A DNA stretch of 64,000 bases. It comes from Veleropilina oligotropha. Taxonomy: Eukaryota. The stretch lies in contig JBEUKZ010000060.1 of assembly GCA_048128005.1 (NCBI GenBank), forward strand, positions 434,001-498,000, in the 5' to 3' direction. Below are positions 1 through 13,794 of the stretch, piece by piece (positions within the stretch are counted from its first letter, which is position 1; each line of letters begins with the position of its first letter). The position numbers and the translations under genes were made by a program. Below the pieces are notes generated by a model. The model saw only the letters and a list, made by a program, of their open reading frames with translations. It was not told the DNA's origin and ran no database searches.

Positions 1-627
1 ATCTAAAACACGTTTCTGTGTTCAACAAAGTCTACAACGTGATATAAATATTTTATAGTGCATGGAAATAAGACTTTTAGCTAATACACCCACTGCATGA
101 ATTACCTCCCTTTTCATGTATGAAAGTCTGACACAAAATTGCTTTTGATGTCAATAATTGAAACTTTGATCGACAAATTACACATGTTCCCCCACCGATA
201 TTTCTTAATAGTTTTTATATGTTGTTTATGTAGTTATTATGACTGTTTCGCACAAATATTGTTTCTGTTGCAATTAGTTTGATGTTAAAATGCAAATTGA
301 CTGGACTATATACGTCAATATGTGCTTTGCCATATACTGTACTTGAAATTCTGAACTCATCTCTGTGGCATGACTGTTACCTGGGACCACTATACAAGCT
401 GTTACATAGAATATCTGCAAGGCTGTTAGTACAGACAGAGCATCTTGAAACCTGGTGGCAATGATGTCAGTGCATGCCAGCAGTTGTGCACTGAGAGGCA
501 ATGAAAACGCAAATTGAAAGAATAAGGCTATTTAATTATACAATGAAGCAAAATAATGTGTTTTATCACAATCTGACATGGCGGACAAACATTTACGTAC
601 TCGAGAGTGATTTCAGAAATCAGGTCA

Positions 628-1590
628 TTACATGGGTTCACAAAAACTGTCAATACCTTGTGTGATCACCCTGTGCTCTGACATGCACGGTTGTAAGCGA
701 CGTGGCATAGAGAAACATTGATGCGGAATTAGAGCTTGTGCCAACCCAGTGGTGTTGCAAAGCTTCTGTAAGTTCTGCAACATTACGTGGCGGGTTCTTT
801 TCAATGTCGAACACGGCGTCCAAGTTCGTAACACAGATGCTCCATGGGGCCATGTCCGGAGATATGGATGGCCACAGTATATAACACTGTCATATTATTG
901 TCGTTCAGGAAATCCTGTGTGAACCTGGCTGTATGCGGTCACGCATTGTCATGGTGGAACACGAGGCTGTTGTTTCCATGTTGACGAAGTAGTGGTACGA
1001 GAACAGGCTGAAGAATGATGTTACTGTAACGCTGAGCATTCAGGTTTCTGAGAACAATGACAAGATGCGATCGAAAACTAGCATTGATCGCCCCCCAGAC
1101 CAAGATACCACCGTCACTAAATCGATCTCTCTCTAAAACTCAGTTCCGCACAAATTGTTCGTCATTACGTCGGTACACGTGGTGATGTCCATCTGGAAAG
1201 CTGACGTTGAAGTGTGATTCGTCAGAGAAAAAGACATAAATTTGTCCATTGTCTCTGCTCAAAAGACATCCTGCTGAAGCCCAACACTGTCTTGCAAGCC
1301 TGTTTCCGTGCATCAAAGTCTGACCTTGATATGGACGACGTTCACGGATGCCTTTCGTTGACAGATGTCGGATGGCTATGTGTGATTTGACGATCCTGTC
1401 ATGTTGTCGTCACACGTTGCGCACCTGGACGTGGCTGATCTTCCACTCGTCCCGTAAGTCGATGACGTGTCTCTAAGCGTTGAATTATCGATTGATGGAC
1501 ACGAAAATGGAGCGCAACTTGGTGAGGTCTCATTCCTGCGAAAAGCATCTCAATAGCATGGTTCCTCTCGTCCATATCGAGGCATGGCAT
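628..1590 (-). pseudogene. Degraded Tc1/mariner transposase
   Basis: HTH-like N-terminus (MPCLDMDERNHAI...RPG), VFFSDESH, FHHDNA*P and WPSISPDM, with stops and frameshifts. Confidence 0.85.
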
Positions 1591-1651
1591 AATGATGATA
1601 CTGGCAGTGCATGCTAATAGCATTTTGCCTGTGGCTTTTTAATAAAGGCCG

Positions 1652-1940
1652 CAGGGCTAGAAATTCAAATTTAAAATCACTGGTCCAATGGACCACCAGG
1701 AATTTTAAACACTGGTCAAATTAAAAATTTGCTGGTCATAAAGTAATGATCAATATCATATATATTACATAGGCTATAATAATAACTATACAATTAGCTA
1801 ATGTATGTGATAACAATTAACAGAAAACGGGTCTGGAAAAAAAACAATGATTCACTGGACCACCATGTGTTAAAAATGACTGGTCTTCTGCAATGTTGAC
1901 TGTTTTGAGACCAGTAAAACCATTCTTATTTCGAGCCCTG
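1652..1940. mobile_element. MITE with CAGGGCT.GAAAT terminal inverted repeats (hAT-like)
   Basis: cagggctagaaat ... atttcgagccctg; no clear TSD. Confidence 0.6.
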
Positions 1941-4900
1941 TAGGGCTTCAATCACTACTTTTCACGTGCAACATCAAGTTTGAAATTCGGGTTATGATTA
2001 AGAGGTAATCACATCGAGTTGCATTGTTATGCAAATTACTACTATTCATGAACATTACAGTTAATCAGCAAAACACGACCGTGATTTCCAGGAATAACAT
2101 ACACTGCCATACAATAAATTTGAGGGTTAATTTCACAAAATTTTCAGATTAATACATTGAAAGCAATTTAATTGAAATTTTACTTATAAATTGGCACTTT
2201 AGGTCTTAGAAAATTTTGCTGTATAAATATACAACCGTGTGCATTCTTTGACGTTATGGTATGCTTTATATGTCCATTTCAATGTCAGACTACCACTAAA
2301 TGCGGGCACAGTACATAAAATATAAGTAAATAATGCACAGGTTCACGAATTAGAACCATTTCGAACTTTTGCTCTTGTTCAGTTTATGCTTTAGAGTGTC
2401 TTGTTTGTGCAGCGAAAGGAAGACGACATTATACAAACTGTCATTGACAATCTGGACAATATTTGGGAGCAAGCCCGACTGTAGATTTGCATGGAGTATT
2501 CTGACAGAATTCAGGGGATTGCTAGCTGTGGAGGGTAATGTCTATGGAAAGTTTCTGTGGATAATTTCCACACTTGTGGATTATTCATACTGTTTCTATG
2601 GAATATATTAACGGTTTCTGTTGAATATTTCCACAGTTTCTGCGGAATATTTCCACTGTTTCTGTGGAATTTTTCTACAGTTTCTTCACACAGAATCTAT
2701 CTGGGACTGATAAGTTGGTAATATATAATATAATGTGCAGTTCAGCAAATTTAGTGACTTGATAGTTGATACCATGTGTGGAAAAATGTATACCTTATAT
2801 GAACGAAGTCCACAAATCATAAGAATGGTTCAAGAATGAAAGTTGTTGGCTTTGACAATAATATAACTTCTGTTAGTTCTCTTTCAGACGCAGACTGGAA
2901 CGACAAAAACCCCGAGTTGGAAGAAACTTCAAAACTCGTTTCAGAGGGTGGAGCAGGTACGTGTCGATGTAGGTCAGCGCCAATGTCAAAAACTTTGCTG
3001 ATAAATAAGTCACAGAATACTGAGAATAGCTCTCTTAGATCTCGAGTTGGATAAGGGGGGAAGTGACTTTTTGTAGATCACATATTCGATTACGACTGTA
3101 CGAGCGTTAAATGATGATTGATGTCACCATCATTGTGAACTAATCTGACAACAAGGCCCTCTATTACGAACAACACATGTTGACAGCTAAGCCTAATTGA
3201 CACTTGAAAATACATAAATAAATTTATCAGTAGCCAAACACATTTGCCTAAAATAATTTATTATATTCTATAAGAAACCAGTAGGTGATAACTAATTGTC
3301 TCTCAAAGCGTGACAAACAAACGATGATATCATCTATGACTAACCATCTTCAGCAAGATCTAGACATAATTGATTGATTTTATGACAGTTTATAATGAAA
3401 TATGTACGCAAGCAACCTGGGAGTGTTTTATATTCCTGAGATGCTGGCTTAAAGAGCACCAATATTTTGACTTGTCTTTTGGCAGCCATATTTCGTCTAC
3501 TGACCGGCAATTTCGTCTAGGCACCAACTGCACAGCATGCTTACTGTAAATCATGAAATTTTTGCGATCATAAAATTTTAGCGAGGAAGCAAAAGTCGCT
3601 AACATTTTAAGTCGCTAATATTTCTACTATTATCATTTATATCCATGTTATATAAGAAGGGTGAGTGGCAAAGAAAATTTATTTAACAAAGTAATTAATA
3701 AACTACCTATCATTCGTTGTTCAAGGTATTGTGTTTTTATAAGTTGTCATTTATGTATTAATTATTAAACCATATTTTCTCAACTTGTTTGTTCAACTTT
3801 ATTCCGTGAAAGATCCACTGAAATCCTACAAAATGTGCATGAAACTTCGGCCCATTATTTAATTTAGTCTTTGTCTCACCAAAAGCGAGATACAGTAACA
3901 CAAACATATTCATTATTTATCATTTTATTAAACGATTCTATTGGATTAAAACCCCATAGCAACAGGCTAAATCTGATTAATGTATGCATATATATGAAAG
4001 AAATATTATATTAGAAATCGTACAACACAGAACGGTGGAAACAAATGAGCATATCAACTTCCATGCTATAGTTCCTGTTCTGCAGATAATTTCATTCAAC
4101 AATATTGCATGGAACCTTGTTTTCGCATAAGTACCACTTCTGGTGGTGTCCATTTTAATGTCAAATGATGATGCGCTTTATCGCTACTGGCAAGTAACAG
4201 TCAATTATGCATAGATTGCAACATATTGGCAATTTAGTTAGTCACAATTATTTAGATAAAACAATTTGTAATCCTATTAATTACTTTATTTTAAGTACCA
4301 ATTCGCATTTTACACTCAACGTAACGACTTACTATCGGAACATTTTACACTCAACGTAACGACTTACTATGGGAACATAAGTGTCATTATATTAATCCGA
4401 TTATGATTTATATGATGAACTACTAATCCTGTTAATAGTTATGCTTCTCAAACTGCAGTTGCGATACCAATGGGTAACAATCAGACAATTAACAGTAACA
4501 CGGGCCGTCAGGTAAAATTTAATTAATTAAAATTTGCATTGTTGTCAGTCTCGCTAATGATGGATTTTCCGAAATGTTATTTTCTCTAAAATTACATGTC
4601 GCTAATTGATCCATAGTGACCAATTCGTTAAATTTTAATAATGCAAAAATATAATGATTTACAGCATCTCTATCCATTCAGTCGAGTCAACAAAAGTCAT
4701 AAATTTGTTCGAATGTGTTCATGCATTTGCGCGCTGAGCATGGACCATGACTTGACCCTAAGTTAGCATACAGTGGTAATGCATTTCGGTCTCACTAAAT
4801 TTTAGTGGCTAAAATGAAGATGGAAGGCGAGCATTAAAAAATTACTCTTTGACAAATTGTGCAAATCCGGGGTATCCGTAGTGATACCGTACTATCATCG

Positions 4901-5248
4901 GGAAAAACTTTTGTCACCTTCTTAAAAAACACTTCCAGTCCACCGAGGATTGCCACGAAAGTACTAGGACCACGTTATTGTGACTACGAATTCATTATGG
5001 TACCAGAGAAGTCCAAGAATAAGCACGGATGACCACGGATGTTTTGAACAGTTCAAAACCTATGGACCATCCCGGATCACCACGGTTCGCCAAGGTATCA
5101 CTTCGGTCTGGCTACGGATTGACCAAGGTTCTCCACTGACAGTGCCCCGGGGTGATCCGGGACCATCCGTAGCCCTAGTGAGACTGGGGCTTTACCTTTG
5201 CAACTATATGTAGTAACTTTTTATCATTTATCTTATATTGCAGATGAC

Positions 5249-5396
5249 ATGCCCACCAATAATGGCTGGATGCGGTTGGATATGAAGAGCGAGACCAACA
5301 GTCATAAGACGGCGTCTGGGAAGCTAGTCGCAAAGAAGTGGACACATTCAGACTCGGATGACGAACTCTCAAGTGACCCTGAACAGGATTATGGTA
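5249..5396 (+). CDS. M13 metallopeptidase (NEP/ECE-like), probable first coding exon (cytoplasmic tail MPTNNGW...DYG)
   Basis: Acceptor ttgcag ends at 5243, ATG at 5249, GTAAGT donor at 5397; phase 1 matches the TM exon at 26601; hydrophilic acidic tail. Confidence 0.65.
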
Positions 5397-6890
5397 GTAA
5401 GTACATTGGATAAAGCCATACCTATTGGTGTTATGATTGACGTAGTTTCATAGAGAAAAACCACAAGATAGTTGTGTAATGTGGGTACCGCAGCCTGGCT
5501 TACCAGTCGAACGAAAAGTTCCACTTGTTAAGTGCATGGTGGCCATATAAAACTCTCCAGATGTTTGTGAGCTGTCATAACGTATGGCAAAATACAAAAT
5601 TGTATACATTAAATGATTTGCACGTGCAACATGTTCAGAATGTGTATGTTTTACCAAGGGCATTAATACACACTTAACAAAAAAAAAAAATTCTGACTAG
5701 ATGTCATAAAACACTTTTTTTCAAATCGATGAATGGAATAGTCTTCCTAGTAATGTAGTAGAAACGGCATCTGTAAACCATTTTAATAAAACATGAATAA
5801 GCATATTTTAAGCAGCAGGGCAAATTATAAATGACCAGAAACAACAATGGCTTTTATTATGAGTGGCAGTAATGCGCTTCCTACACCCAAACAAATTCTA
5901 CTTATATTGATCCCAATGCCCATCTGGTGAGAGGAAATAGAACATTTTGTCATCAGTATTACTCCAGAACGGTATTGATTGAACACGAAACTTCACTGGT
6001 GTGATGAATATGACTTGTAGTTATGATATGTGTAGACAGGTCAACATAAACCAAATTGATCCCAATGCCATTTGGTGAGGGGAAGTATAACATTGCCAGT
6101 TATCTCCCTTATGTTAATGGTGTATCCACTTCACTATACATGTACACTGGTTATTTATATTGCTGATGGGTATGACAACTGAGTCAGTTTGTAACTAACA
6201 GGAGGGAATCATCAGGTTTGGATCTCTGTTTTCTTTTTACCTTTATCCACGTAGTGGTAGGAGAAGGTATTGCAATTGGGTCGGTGTGTATGTATATGTC
6301 TGTGCCTCCTTTTCCAATTTCCTTCAAATATTAACACAAGTGTAAGAACACTGGTCAGTAAACCTGGAAATGCCCAAAATTATCCCAATCTGGATGTTAT
6401 GACGTCATTTCCGATTTCACTTTAGTCATACTTTAGTAAACTATTAGTCATAAAGATTTCTATCTTTCACCATCGCATTCCTTATCAATGGAAAATAACC
6501 GAAATTATTGGAAGTGGGTCAGCTTGTATGTATGTATGGCTGTCACTGTGTCAGTTTGTTTATATGTCTCTCTGTCCATCCGTTGCTGTTTCTCTGTAGC
6601 TACATGTCCATTTTTCTTCAAATCTTACACAAGGTATAAGAACACTGATATAAACCTTGAAATACCAAAAATTATTCCAATCCTAATGTTATGACGTCAT
6701 TTTTGGTTTTCACATTTTTATACTGGGCAAACTATTTATCGTAGAGATTTCTTACTTTTACCATCATGTTCGTTATCATCTGGAAATACTCAAATTATCT
6801 CAATCCTGATTTTATGACTTCATTTTCAGGTTTTGATTTTTTTCGGGGTAAACTTTTAGGCCCAGAGATTTCTGTCTTTCACCGTTCATT

Positions 6891-7130
6891 GCCACTCCGA
6901 CAGTTGTTCATGCTGTTTCGGTTGCAGAGTCTGAAAATCACTGGCTTGATTCCAATGACACAACAGTAGTGGGTTCGAATCTCGCTTGGGACATGATGTT
7001 ATTTGTTCAGTTTATGAATCACAATTGTCCGTAACTGGTTGGAGAATGCAGGTTTCCCAGGGCGATAATATGGACATGTCCTGCTTTGAACCTGATGGTT
7101 GTAAATATCGACCATTTCCTTTCCTTCTTT
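6891..7130 (+). mobile_element. Diverged copy of the same SINE family
   Basis: cactggcttgattcc, gggttcgaatc, ttatgaatcacaattgtccg and ggacatgtcctgc blocks. Confidence 0.75.
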
Positions 7131-7360
7131 CATTGCCATGGGTTTGCAGTCTCGGATGGCCTTCCTATTTATAATTATTTTGATTATTCATTGATCCTCA
7201 TTCAATAAGATAGAAAACTCGTTCAATTTCAATGCCTTGTTCCAAAAAAACACTAGAAAATTATTTTGTTGCAGATGCAATTGAAAGCTCATCGGATTCA
7301 TGTAAGAAACTACAATGTATTTCCATTTACGGTTACAACTTACGAATAAGTCTCTTTTGT

Positions 7361-8340
7361 TTATTATGCCCCCGGCTCGACTTGAGTCGGCCAGCTGCAG
7401 GGGGCATTATGCTTTTGGTCCGTCCGTCCATAACAGATTGAACTCAACTATCTTTTTTGATGTTAATCATGAGCGATCTTCTTCAAACTTAATATGCTAT
7501 TAGATATAAGTATGAACTATCATGAGTTCGAATGTTGAAAGGAAATATTTATTTTTTACTACATTTTTTACGTTTTTGAACATATTCTCTGGAGCATTAT
7601 TTATGATCCCATGCTATAAGGAACTCACCTATCTTTTTCGATGTTAATCATGAGCGATCTTCGAACTTCAAACTTAATATGCTATTAGATATAAGTATGA
7701 ACTATCATGAATTCGAAAATATTAATTTTTTACCACATTTGTTTACGTTTTTTGACATAGTCTCTGGAGCTTCATTTCTGATCTCAGGCTATAAGAAACT
7801 CACCTAACATTTTTGATGTTGATCAATAGCCACCTTCTTCAAACTTCATAAGCTTTTATATATATAAGTATGAACTGTCATGAGTTCGAATGTTGAATGA
7901 AAATATGTATTTTTTACTACATTTTGTACTTTCTTGAACATAGTCTCTGGAACTTCATTTCTGATCTCGTGCTATAAGAAACTCACCTAACTCTTTCGAT
8001 GTTAATCAACAGCCACCTTCTTCAAACTTCATCAGCTATTATATATAAGTATAAACTATCATGAGTTCGAATGTTGAATGAAAATATTTATTTTTTACTA
8101 CATTTTTTACATTTTTGAACATTTAGTAATTTAGTAATGAAGCAGAAACAACATCCTGAATTAACAAGGCTTCGCAAATTTTGGGATACTTTGTGCACTT
8201 TATACTTACGGTCAGCGGAATGATAATAAACGACATCGTCTTTTCCTTTTATAATGTTTAAGAACAGATATAGTGATGAAGCATCAATGGCTTGAACATA
8301 TACCGGCGGCATCTGCAGTGTCGGGAGACACATTTCTAGT
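7361..8340 (+). mobile_element. Helentron/HINE-like non-autonomous element with ~4 internal ~180-bp tandem units
   Basis: ttatgcccc..ggggcat head, gtccgtccgtcc microsatellite, units at ~7441/7622/7796/7980, tail ending acacatttctagt. Confidence 0.7.
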
Positions 8341-10833
8341 GTAAGCCATAAGTCGACAACCAGTTATTTGTACAAAATGTCAACTCCGAACAGAAACCAT
8401 GCTGCCGTGAACTGGAATGCACAGAAAATAATCACTCCACACAAAACAAGATTTTGTTATTTTAAATATTTGTTTCAACCGTAATAAATACGCATATTTA
8501 TCAAAAATTATCCTTAACTTCGGAGTACGAAATTTTACATACACACATATTTAACTTTTAATGTGTATTACACAAATTGGAAATTACGAAGTCATCCGGG
8601 CACTTTACATGGCTCGCACTAGAAACGAAAGTAAATCGTCGTAGCCCAGAAAGGTATTTTATCATTTCAGAGCTGCATTTCCTTGCAAATAAAATTTGCA
8701 TTTTTGTGTTTTGAGCTCGGATATTGAAATCACGTATATCGTGGCGAATTGTCATTTAAAACATTAAATATATTGTTGTTTATCATGCGATAACAACATG
8801 TGATTTTCGACAATTGACCATGTGCAGTGGAGGTTGTTAGCGGCAAGTATGAAACCCCAACATGAATGTTTCTCTTTGATAGGCGACAGACACGAATCTT
8901 TACATATCGAAATCGCAATAACTGTTATGTTGTTACAAAAATAAATATGTAATTATAAATTTGATATTGCTAGGGTGATTTTGTTCAAAAATATTGTTTA
9001 AATGAAAGATTTGTTTTAAATATGGACTGAAATTTTTTTTAATTTAAATGTTTAATATCAGGAGACTGACAAAAGTACAAACAATATTTAATAATAGTTA
9101 AATACTTGTATTCTTGCTTACTCTTAACATTGTCCTCAAACTAAAATATAATGTATTCATTACCCAAAATTAAATAATTGTCAATAATAATGGATTGATG
9201 TTTAAGTAATTATAAAGATACTAAAAAGATAGGCAATATCCAATTTAAATAAAATGATCATGCAATAATAATAATAATATTAAAGCTGCAAAGCAGCTGT
9301 AGAGGGCTTCAAGCTGATCGCGTCCGATAGCCCGCAGCCATCTTGTCTTATGCCCGATTGATTTTTCGCTCGCAATATAGCTTCATCATAAGACGACCAT
9401 CATATGTATAAAGTTTCGCCTCGCTGGCTTTATGCTTTAAAATCGAAGATGGAGGCCACATCAGCCATTTTGGAGGTCGGACCAGACCCAACATCTCTAC
9501 TTGCCATGTCCTCTTGTAAACCAATGCACATACCATATTTGATAACATTCCGTTAAGAAATGGCTTGAGAGAGTACGAGGAATCTTTCAGAGGTGGCCAT
9601 CTTGAATGTCGTTCCACACCCGCAATCTATAAGTGTCGTATCTCAATTTTACTAATATGAGGATTAAGAGTAATCCCTTGTATCTATAATAATATACTTA
9701 CGTCCTTACTAATGCCATAATAAGCCTATTATCGCTAAATCCGGACAAGGTGGAAATGGTAATTTGCACTTCTTTTAGTAAATTGAACCCAGCTGACCCC
9801 CTGACCTGCTCGACCTCCTCCAGTTCATGTCCAGTAAGAGCTCGCCAACTCCCGCGAGATCTTCTTGACCAAGGGTCAAGACCTCATCCGAAGTTTATGC
9901 AAACCCCAAGACAAAGAACTTATATAAGAGGGGAGGTGCGAAGCAGGGTGGGCCAAGTGGGTAAGGACGTAAGTATATTATTATAGATACAAGGGATTAC
10001 TCTTAATCCTCATATCTATATCAAATATACTTACGTCCTTACTAATGCCAAGAATAACTTTGGTTGGCGGAGTTATAAGTTCCATACACCAAAATTAAAA
10101 CTTACTTGTTACCAGAAGACGACGCTTTAGCGTTGAGATCGAGTCCGTTCAGAGTGGATTTAACTGAGCATCAAATCTACCCTTACCCCGAGGTGAGATT
10201 TCGACCAAGAAATCTGGGAAAACACGCCAGGGATGTTAGTCGGACGGGTAACACGAAAGTGCATGTAGCTCCGGACACCGGCGGAAGGTATACCTTGAGG
10301 CACTCGTGTCATGAGCAAAACAGTGATCTGAATATTCCGGACTCAAAGGTCGGCAGACAGAAAACTGCAAGACGTGGTTTTTAGAAGCACCCGAACCTAG
10401 GCAGGTAGATAGTGTTATAAAACCGTGACAATTATCAATAGATTGAAGAAAATTTCAATAACTTCATCTTGAATAATAAACTTTTGCATGTCCAACTTGC
10501 AAAATGTCAACATGATACATGTTACTTAAATAATTTTTAGTAGAGAATAATAATAAAATTTTTCAATGTACGCACATTGAAATGTTCTGAGACAGCAGAA
10601 GAACATTTTAAAATAATATTATTTACCAAAAAGCATTATTAAGATTTAATAATATAAATGTCTACATCCAATGTGGGCATTGCTTCATATTAACTCAGTA
10701 TGAATAATAATTTCAATTTCTTAATCAGGTTAAGAAAGAAATAACATTGGAATAAATTCTAAAGGTGATTTCAATGTACACAAATAGAATTACATTATAT
10801 TACCTCAGTGTCTGGTGAAATTCCACAAACCAA

Positions 10834-13794
10834 TCACTGTCGGGATGACCCGGATCCCGTGATACATTGTTGTCCTGCCGCCACAAAGGAAATCCGATGT
10901 TCACCCTCAGCCGTGGTCGCATAATCATGCAGGTAAAAGCGAACAAAGGTATTTGCGTTCCTCCAATAACAAGCCTTCAAGATTTCATTGATATTCAAAT
11001 TATATTTGAAGGCTAACGAAGAGGCTACTCCACGTGTCTCGTGCGCGTGAATTGAAACGAGATCTCGTTCTGGCTCATGTGACCGGGAGTAAATCTCCTT
11101 AACAACCGAGACAATCCAACGTGAAACAGTCGATTTGCGAATGTCGCGGTGGAATTGAGGCATATGGCTAACGAATAAATTCTTTTTACCGTGCCGTAAG
11201 TCTCGGGTGCGATCCAGGTAGAACCTCAGCGCGCGGACCGGGCAGTTGAGGCGGTCGATATCATTTCTATCCAGCATGGAGAGGTTACGAATACAAACCT
11301 CGGGACTGATATCATCAGGTCGTTGTGTCTTCGCTAGGAAGCCAAGGACAGTACGCAGTGTCACCGACCCATCGGTGTGGAAGTGTATGTCTCGAAGCTC
11401 TCCGGATAACGCGTGTATCTCCGAGGCCCGGTTACCCGTGGCGAGGGCGGTTAGAAATACGGTCTTATAAGTGAGATTTTTGAGGGAACACTCACTCATA
11501 GGCTCGTACGGGCCTCTAAGTAAAGCATTGAGAACTAACAAAACATTCCAAGCGGGCGGTCGCACTCGCTGAATGGGCCGTTCGAGTTGATAGGAGCGTA
11601 TGAAGTCCGATATAGTTTTGTCGGTAGACAAGCGGGTGTGCTCGCGGCATTGCCGTAACGTTGTAGCTACGCATGAACGGTAGCCTTTGACTGCGGAAAT
11701 TGACATTCCCCGTTCTAGCAACGACGATAAGAACTCGATAAATTTGGTCACAGGGGGGCGGAATATATTGACTTGCCGCCCGCGACACCAATCCACAAAC
11801 TTTTTCCATCGGTAGTCATATACCCTTGTCGTAGATTGTCTTCTAGATCGGTAAATGCGCTGGGCTGTCGCTCTAGAAAAGCCCTTCTTAATGAGCGATC
11901 TCTCGATAGTCGCCAGGCGTGAAAGTGAAACTCGTTCGCCGACGGGTGTAGAACCCGACTGCGCGGTTGAGACAACAGGTCTGCCATCTGCGGTAGCGCT
12001 CGTGGCTGATCGATGAGTAGATCCAGAAGTGTCGGAAACCAGGACTGCGTTCGTTGTAGAGGTGCTATTAGCGTCAACTCGCAGTCTTCGCGGGTCGCTT
12101 TCCGTAGTACTTGTGCCAACATGCACGACGGTGGGAAGGCGTAGGCGATCAGATTCTCCCATCTCATTGACAGAGCGTCGACTGCAATAGCGGCCGGGTC
12201 CGGGTAAGGAGACACATAGAGAGGGAGTCGGTGATTGAATTCGGTTGCGAATAAATCGACTTGAGGTGTCGACCACAGGCGACAGACATCTCGGGCTACA
12301 CGGGCGTGTAGCGTCCACTCTGTGTGAATAATCTGTGTTTTCCGAGAGAGCGTATCCGCTCTGACATTCAGCTTCCCCGGGATGTGTCGGGCTCGAATTG
12401 ACGAGTTGAGTGACATCACTAGGCGGTGCAGGTCTATCGCTCGGTCGCAAAGCGGACGGGAGCGAGTGCCGCCCTGGTGCTGGATGTAAGCGACGACAGT
12501 CGTGTTGTCCGTTGCTAGCATTATGTGCTTGTTTCGGAGATGTGACGAGAGGGACTGTACTGACAGGTAGACGGCCTCTAACTCTAGGAAGTTGATGTGT
12601 CGTCCCTGAAGGTCCGTAGGCCAGAGGCCCGATGTCTCGTGACTGTCGAAGTGACCTCCCCAGCCCTCGTTTGACGCGTCCGTGAAGAGGTAGGCGTTCG
12701 GTTCTGGGGGGGATATTGGAACCGACTGGCTCGGCAGGGAAGTGTTCAACCACACTGCTGTCGTGCGATTGAACCAATGCCGTAGATCGATGCGATCCGT
12801 CCACTGTCCCGTACGTTGTATCCAGCGGTCCTTGAAGGCCTGCTGCAACGGTCGTTTGTCCATGCGACCTGTCGGTAACAGGGGAGCTACCGACTCGATG
12901 TGCCCTAGGACAGTGGCCAGTCGTCGCGCTGTAGTTATCCGTGAAGACTTCGTTTCTAGTATAACTGCGCGTAGGTTCTCTATACGTTTCTGAGTCGGTT
13001 TCGCGGTGTACCGGACCGTGTCGAATTCGACCCCTAGAAATATAAACGTCGTCGAGGGCACGAAGCAGGATTTGTCGTTGTTGATCTGTAATCCCAGGCG
13101 CTTCGCCGATGACAGGGTAACGCTCATAGACTGGAGGCACTGATCCCGGGACGCCCCGAGAATCAACCAGTCGTCGAGGTACATGTGTACTCTGTGCCCT
13201 CGCGAGTGTAGGAAGGCCCCGAGAGCCTGTACTACTCGCGTGAAGACGTACGGGGCTGACGATAGACCGAACGGTAGACACCTGAACTGGTAGATCGTTC
13301 CCCCGTGAACAAACCGTAGGTACCGGTGAGCCGAGATATGCATCGGAACGTGTAGGTACGCATCGGTTAAGTCGATAGACGCTGCCCAGTCGCCCGGACG
13401 GATGGCCGTTCGTATCTTCGAGAGTGTTTCTTGCTTGAACTTCTCGGTACGAAGATACTGGTTGAGGAACGACAGATCGAGGATCGGTCGCCAACGGCCG
13501 TCGGGTTTCGGGACCAGGAAAAAGTGGCTGTAATATCCTGGTGTGCTGGGCGGCGCGGGATAGATCGCTCTCTTTGAGAGTAAATCCCGCACTGCCTGGT
13601 CTAGGACCGCTTGTTTTTCTCCTATCAGGAGACGAGCGCGTCCTGGTGGTGGTGTCGCGTCTAGGGTTGGATGCCGGTCGAATGCCAACTTGTATCCGGC
13701 ACTCACGACTGAGTGAACCCAGTTGTCCTCTGTCATTTCCAGCCAGGACAGGCTGTACTCTAACAGACACGCTCCCACCGGCGGAAGCGTGCAA
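10834..13794 (-). CDS. DIRS tyrosine recombinase ORF with a long N-terminal overlap of pol (copy 1)
   Basis: ATGNRASEI (R), AKT (K), HETR (HxxR), W..NTFVRFY (W, Y); the true start is uncertain. Confidence 0.93.
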   Translation of the reverse strand: MHASAGGSVSVRVQPVLAGNDRGQLGSLSRECRIQVGIRPASNPRRDTTTRTRSSPDRRKTSGPRPGSAGFTLKESDLSRAAQHTRILQPLFPGPETRRPLATDPRSVVPQPVSSYREVQARNTLEDTNGHPSGRLGSVYRLNRCVPTRSDAYLGSPVPTVCSRGNDLPVQVSTVRSIVSPVRLHASSTGSRGLPTLARAQSTHVPRRLVDSRGVPGSVPPVYERYPVIGEAPGITDQQRQILLRALDDVYISRGRIRHGPVHRETDSETYREPTRSYTRNEVFTDNYSATTGHCPRAHRVGSSPVTDRSHGQTTVAAGLQGPLDTTYGTVDGSHRSTALVQSHDSSVVEHFPAEPVGSNIPPRTERLPLHGRVKRGLGRSLRQSRDIGPLAYGPSGTTHQLPRVRGRLPVSTVPLVTSPKQAHNASNGQHDCRRLHPAPGRHSLPSALRPSDRPAPPSDVTQLVNSSPTHPGEAECQSGYALSENTDYSHRVDATRPCSPRCLSPVVDTSSRFIRNRIQSPTPSLCVSLPGPGRYCSRRSVNEMGESDRLRLPTVVHVGTSTTESDPRRLRVDANSTSTTNAVLVSDTSGSTHRSATSATADGRPVVSTAQSGSTPVGERVSLSRLATIERSLIKKGFSRATAQRIYRSRRQSTTRVYDYRWKKFVDWCRGRQVNIFRPPVTKFIEFLSSLLERGMSISAVKGYRSCVATTLRQCREHTRLSTDKTISDFIRSYQLERPIQRVRPPAWNVLLVLNALLRGPYEPMSECSLKNLTYKTVFLTALATGNRASEIHALSGELRDIHFHTDGSVTLRTVLGFLAKTQRPDDISPEVCIRNLSMLDRNDIDRLNCPVRALRFYLDRTRDLRHGKKNLFVSHMPQFHRDIRKSTVSRWIVSVVKEIYSRSHEPERDLVSIHAHETRGVASSLAFKYNLNINEILKACYWRNANTFVRFYLHDYATTAEGEHRISFVAAGQQCITGSGSSRQ

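Noticed and set aside
4775..5194. PIF/Harbinger-like MITE just upstream of the first coding exon
   Set aside because: The right end (tagtgagactggggcttta) looks TIR-like, but the left partner is too degenerate to support boundaries.
9750..9986. Repeated small ORFs in the ITRs (MEMVICT.., MNMSHN..)
   Set aside because: They recur only because the ITRs are repeats; frames are broken by indels between copies and not conserved between families.
10106..10384. 92-aa ORF antisense to the DIRS 3' region (also 41554-41832)
   Set aside because: TTG start and no equivalent in family B; conservation there fits RNA structure rather than coding.
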